32,000 bases of DNA from Trichodesmium erythraeum IMS101. GTDB lineage: Bacteria > Cyanobacteriota > Cyanobacteriia > Cyanobacteriales > Microcoleaceae. The position numbers were made by a program, and so were the translations under genes. Numbering within the stretch: the first letter of the stretch is position 1; each line of letters opens with the position of its first letter. The notes under the pieces were generated by a model. The model ran no database searches. It was not told where the DNA came from and worked only from the letters and a program-made list of their open reading frames with translations. This document shows positions 30,394-32,000 of this stretch, one piece after another. The stretch lies in the NCBI RefSeq assembly GCF_000014265.1, contig NC_008312.1, positions 7,410,001 through 7,442,000 on the forward strand, in the 5' to 3' direction.

Positions 30394-30654
30394 TCAAAGG
30401 CTACCTAAATTTGCCAACCCAAGAATCACACCAGCACCTAAAATATGACCGAAGCTTGTAGTTGCCAAAACGCCAGCTACTCCAAAACCACCAAAAAAGT
30501 TAGAACCAGGCATGGCTGGACCGACACTAGGGTATTTAACTGTGAACTTGGCAAAGGCGATGGCTACAATATTACAGATAATCATAATTATGGCAATTTT
30601 AGGGCTCCAGTCAAAAGTATTGGGGCCAAGTGTTAATAAGGTTGAGTAAAGCAT
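30394..30654 (-). CDS. psaK: photosystem I reaction centre subunit PsaK
   Basis: 86-aa ORF with two hydrophobic helices and PsaK/PsaG-type motifs (WSPKIAIIMIICN, GFGVAGVLATTSFGHILGAGVILGL). Confidence 0.85.
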   Translation of the reverse strand: MLYSTLLTLGPNTFDWSPKIAIIMIICNIVAIAFAKFTVKYPSVGPAMPGSNFFGGFGVAGVLATTSFGHILGAGVILGLANLGSL

Positions 30655-31039
30655 TTTTTCTTGTCCTATCTTATCTGTACATTGAAAACTTCACTACCAT
30701 ATCTTATATCAGAAAATTGTTCTTTTTTTTCTTCTTGTCAGACTATGCAATAATTCTTTACAAATTTAGAAGGAAGATAGAAGAAATTTTATAGAACCCC
30801 TGCAGGTATCTCTAAAAATTAAGCGTTTTTATCTGCCGGACTTACTCAGATACGCTAAGCTTTTAAGGATAAGTCGAATCAAACAAACATTAATCTGTAT
30901 TTTCGGTAGGTTCGCATCAATGTTTTTAGTCAAGCTTTTACACCTCTCCATCCATCTTAAACGCATCTAATTTTTTTTATACTAATTTCATAAACTTAAG
31001 CTACACTTTTAGAAGTAACCTATTATAGAAAATGTCCCC

Positions 31040-31543
31040 ATGTCAGGAGTAGTAAAAATTGAGATAAATGAATCGGTAGAAACTCTCAAAAAACTTTTAA
31101 AAAGTGCGAGTACAGCTCAAGAAAAGGAAAGACTTCAAACTATTTACTGGTTGAAAACTCAAACAGTAGAAACAGTAAAAGAAATTGCGATAATGTTAGG
31201 ACGCAATCGAGTCACAGTACAAAAATGGTTAGGGAAATATCGTACAGGTGGACTGAATCTTTTACTAGAACCAAAGAAAAATCTAGGAGGGAGGCCAAGT
31301 TCAATTCCACCAAATGTAATCGAGAAATTAGAAGCAGAATTGCAAAACCCGGAAGGTTTCCAAAGCTATGGTGAAATTCAACAGTGGTTAACGACTTGTT
31401 TTGACATCGAGCTGTCTTATCGAACAGTTCATCAATTAGTCAGATATAAATTAAAAAGTAAATTAAAAGTTCCACGTCCAAATCACATAAAACAAAATAA
31501 AGAAGCTCAAGAAAACTTTAAAAAAAACTCTCATCTCAACTAG
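31040..31543 (+). CDS. IS630-family transposase, N-terminal HTH part (orfA)
   Basis: 167-aa ORF with two HTH-like segments (VKEIAIMLGRNRVTVQKWLGKY; SYGEIQQWLTTCFDIELSYRTVHQLV). It ends just after an A8 run. Confidence 0.8.
   Translation: MSGVVKIEINESVETLKKLLKSASTAQEKERLQTIYWLKTQTVETVKEIAIMLGRNRVTVQKWLGKYRTGGLNLLLEPKKNLGGRPSSIPPNVIEKLEAELQNPEGFQSYGEIQQWLTTCFDIELSYRTVHQLVRYKLKSKLKVPRPNHIKQNKEAQENFKKNSHLN
31520..31527 (+). promoter_or_regulatory. candidate -1 frameshift site (A8 run) joining the two IS630 transposase frames
   Basis: The sequence is TTT AAA AAA AAC. Slipping back one base gives ...FKKKLSSQLEEKIKLINK..., continuous with the DDE domain. Confidence 0.5.
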
Positions 31544-32000
31544 AAGAGAAAATTAAGTTAATTAATAAATATTCGGAAAATCAACTGCCAATTCGCTATT
31601 GGTGTCAAGACGAGACTAGAATTGGATTAAAAACTATAACAGGTAAAGTCATTACTACTTGCGGTGTTAAGCCCATTGGTTTATATCAATGGCTATTTAA
31701 ATATCTATGGCTTTATGGTTTAGTAGAACCAAAAACAGGAGATTCCTTTTTTTATGAATTTAGTCATCTAGATACTCCTTGCTTTGAAAGATTTTTAGAG
31801 CTTTTTTCTCAAACATATCCTGAAGAGATTCATATTATTCAACTAGATAACGGGCGAGGGCATCTAGGGAATGATTTATCTATCCCTGATCACATCATTT
31901 TATTATTTCAACCTCCTTATTGTCCCGAAGTTAATCCCATTGAAAGACTGTGGAAAGAGGTGAAAAAATTCTTGAAAAATCGAGTTTTCGATTCCTTAGA
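31528..32000 (+). CDS. IS630-family transposase, DDE part (orfB), 3'-partial at the window edge
   Basis: The -1 frame is open from the A-run to the window end: RYWCQDETRIGL (D), IIQLDNGRGH (D), YCPEVNPIERLWKEVK (E). There are no stops, so this element may be intact. Confidence 0.8.

Noticed and set aside
30836-30860. CCGGACTTACTCAGATACGCTAAGC, which resembles the inverted repeat of the IS4/IS701-type element at 8459-9815 (about 20 of 25 positions).
   Set aside because: There is no partner repeat and no transposase remnant nearby, and similarity stops after 25 nt. It may be a solo end truncated by the IS630 element, but this is unsupported.

Overview
AT-rich cyanobacterial chromosomal segment: at least 17 exact HIP1 octamers (GCGATCGC) and the photosystem I gene psaK. 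The style resembles IS-laden filamentous marine cyanobacteria such as Trichodesmium, but that is inference only. Seven host genes look intact: a 5'-partial GAF-PP2C phosphatase and an adjacent RsbW-like kinase (1-1717), queG (3757-4683), lpxD (10788-11825), a HerA/FtsK-like ATPase (27613-29352), a 143-aa HTH protein (29656-30087, minus) and psaK (30394-30654, minus). Roughly 70% of the window is insertion-sequence DNA. It forms two graveyards (about 5.5-10.7 kb and 12.1-27.5 kb), plus single IS630-family elements at 1.9-3.5 kb and from 31.0 kb to the window end. I reconstructed about 15 IS copies or fragments from about 8 families, most of them pseudogenised. They include a four-level nested insertion (12118-17888) whose target-site duplications and empty sites can be read directly from a paralogous copy. 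Other notable items are: a group II intron 3' relic (HNH tail plus domain V/VI-like RNA) just downstream of the HerA-like gene; the HerA-like ATPase itself, which has no nuclease or effector partner; head-to-tail IS copies sharing one AAT target triplet; and probable -1 frameshift sites in two transposases. No CRISPR array, tRNA or rRNA was recognised. I did not find a convincing multi-gene novel system. The HerA-like locus and its structured downstream region are the best candidates for follow-up.
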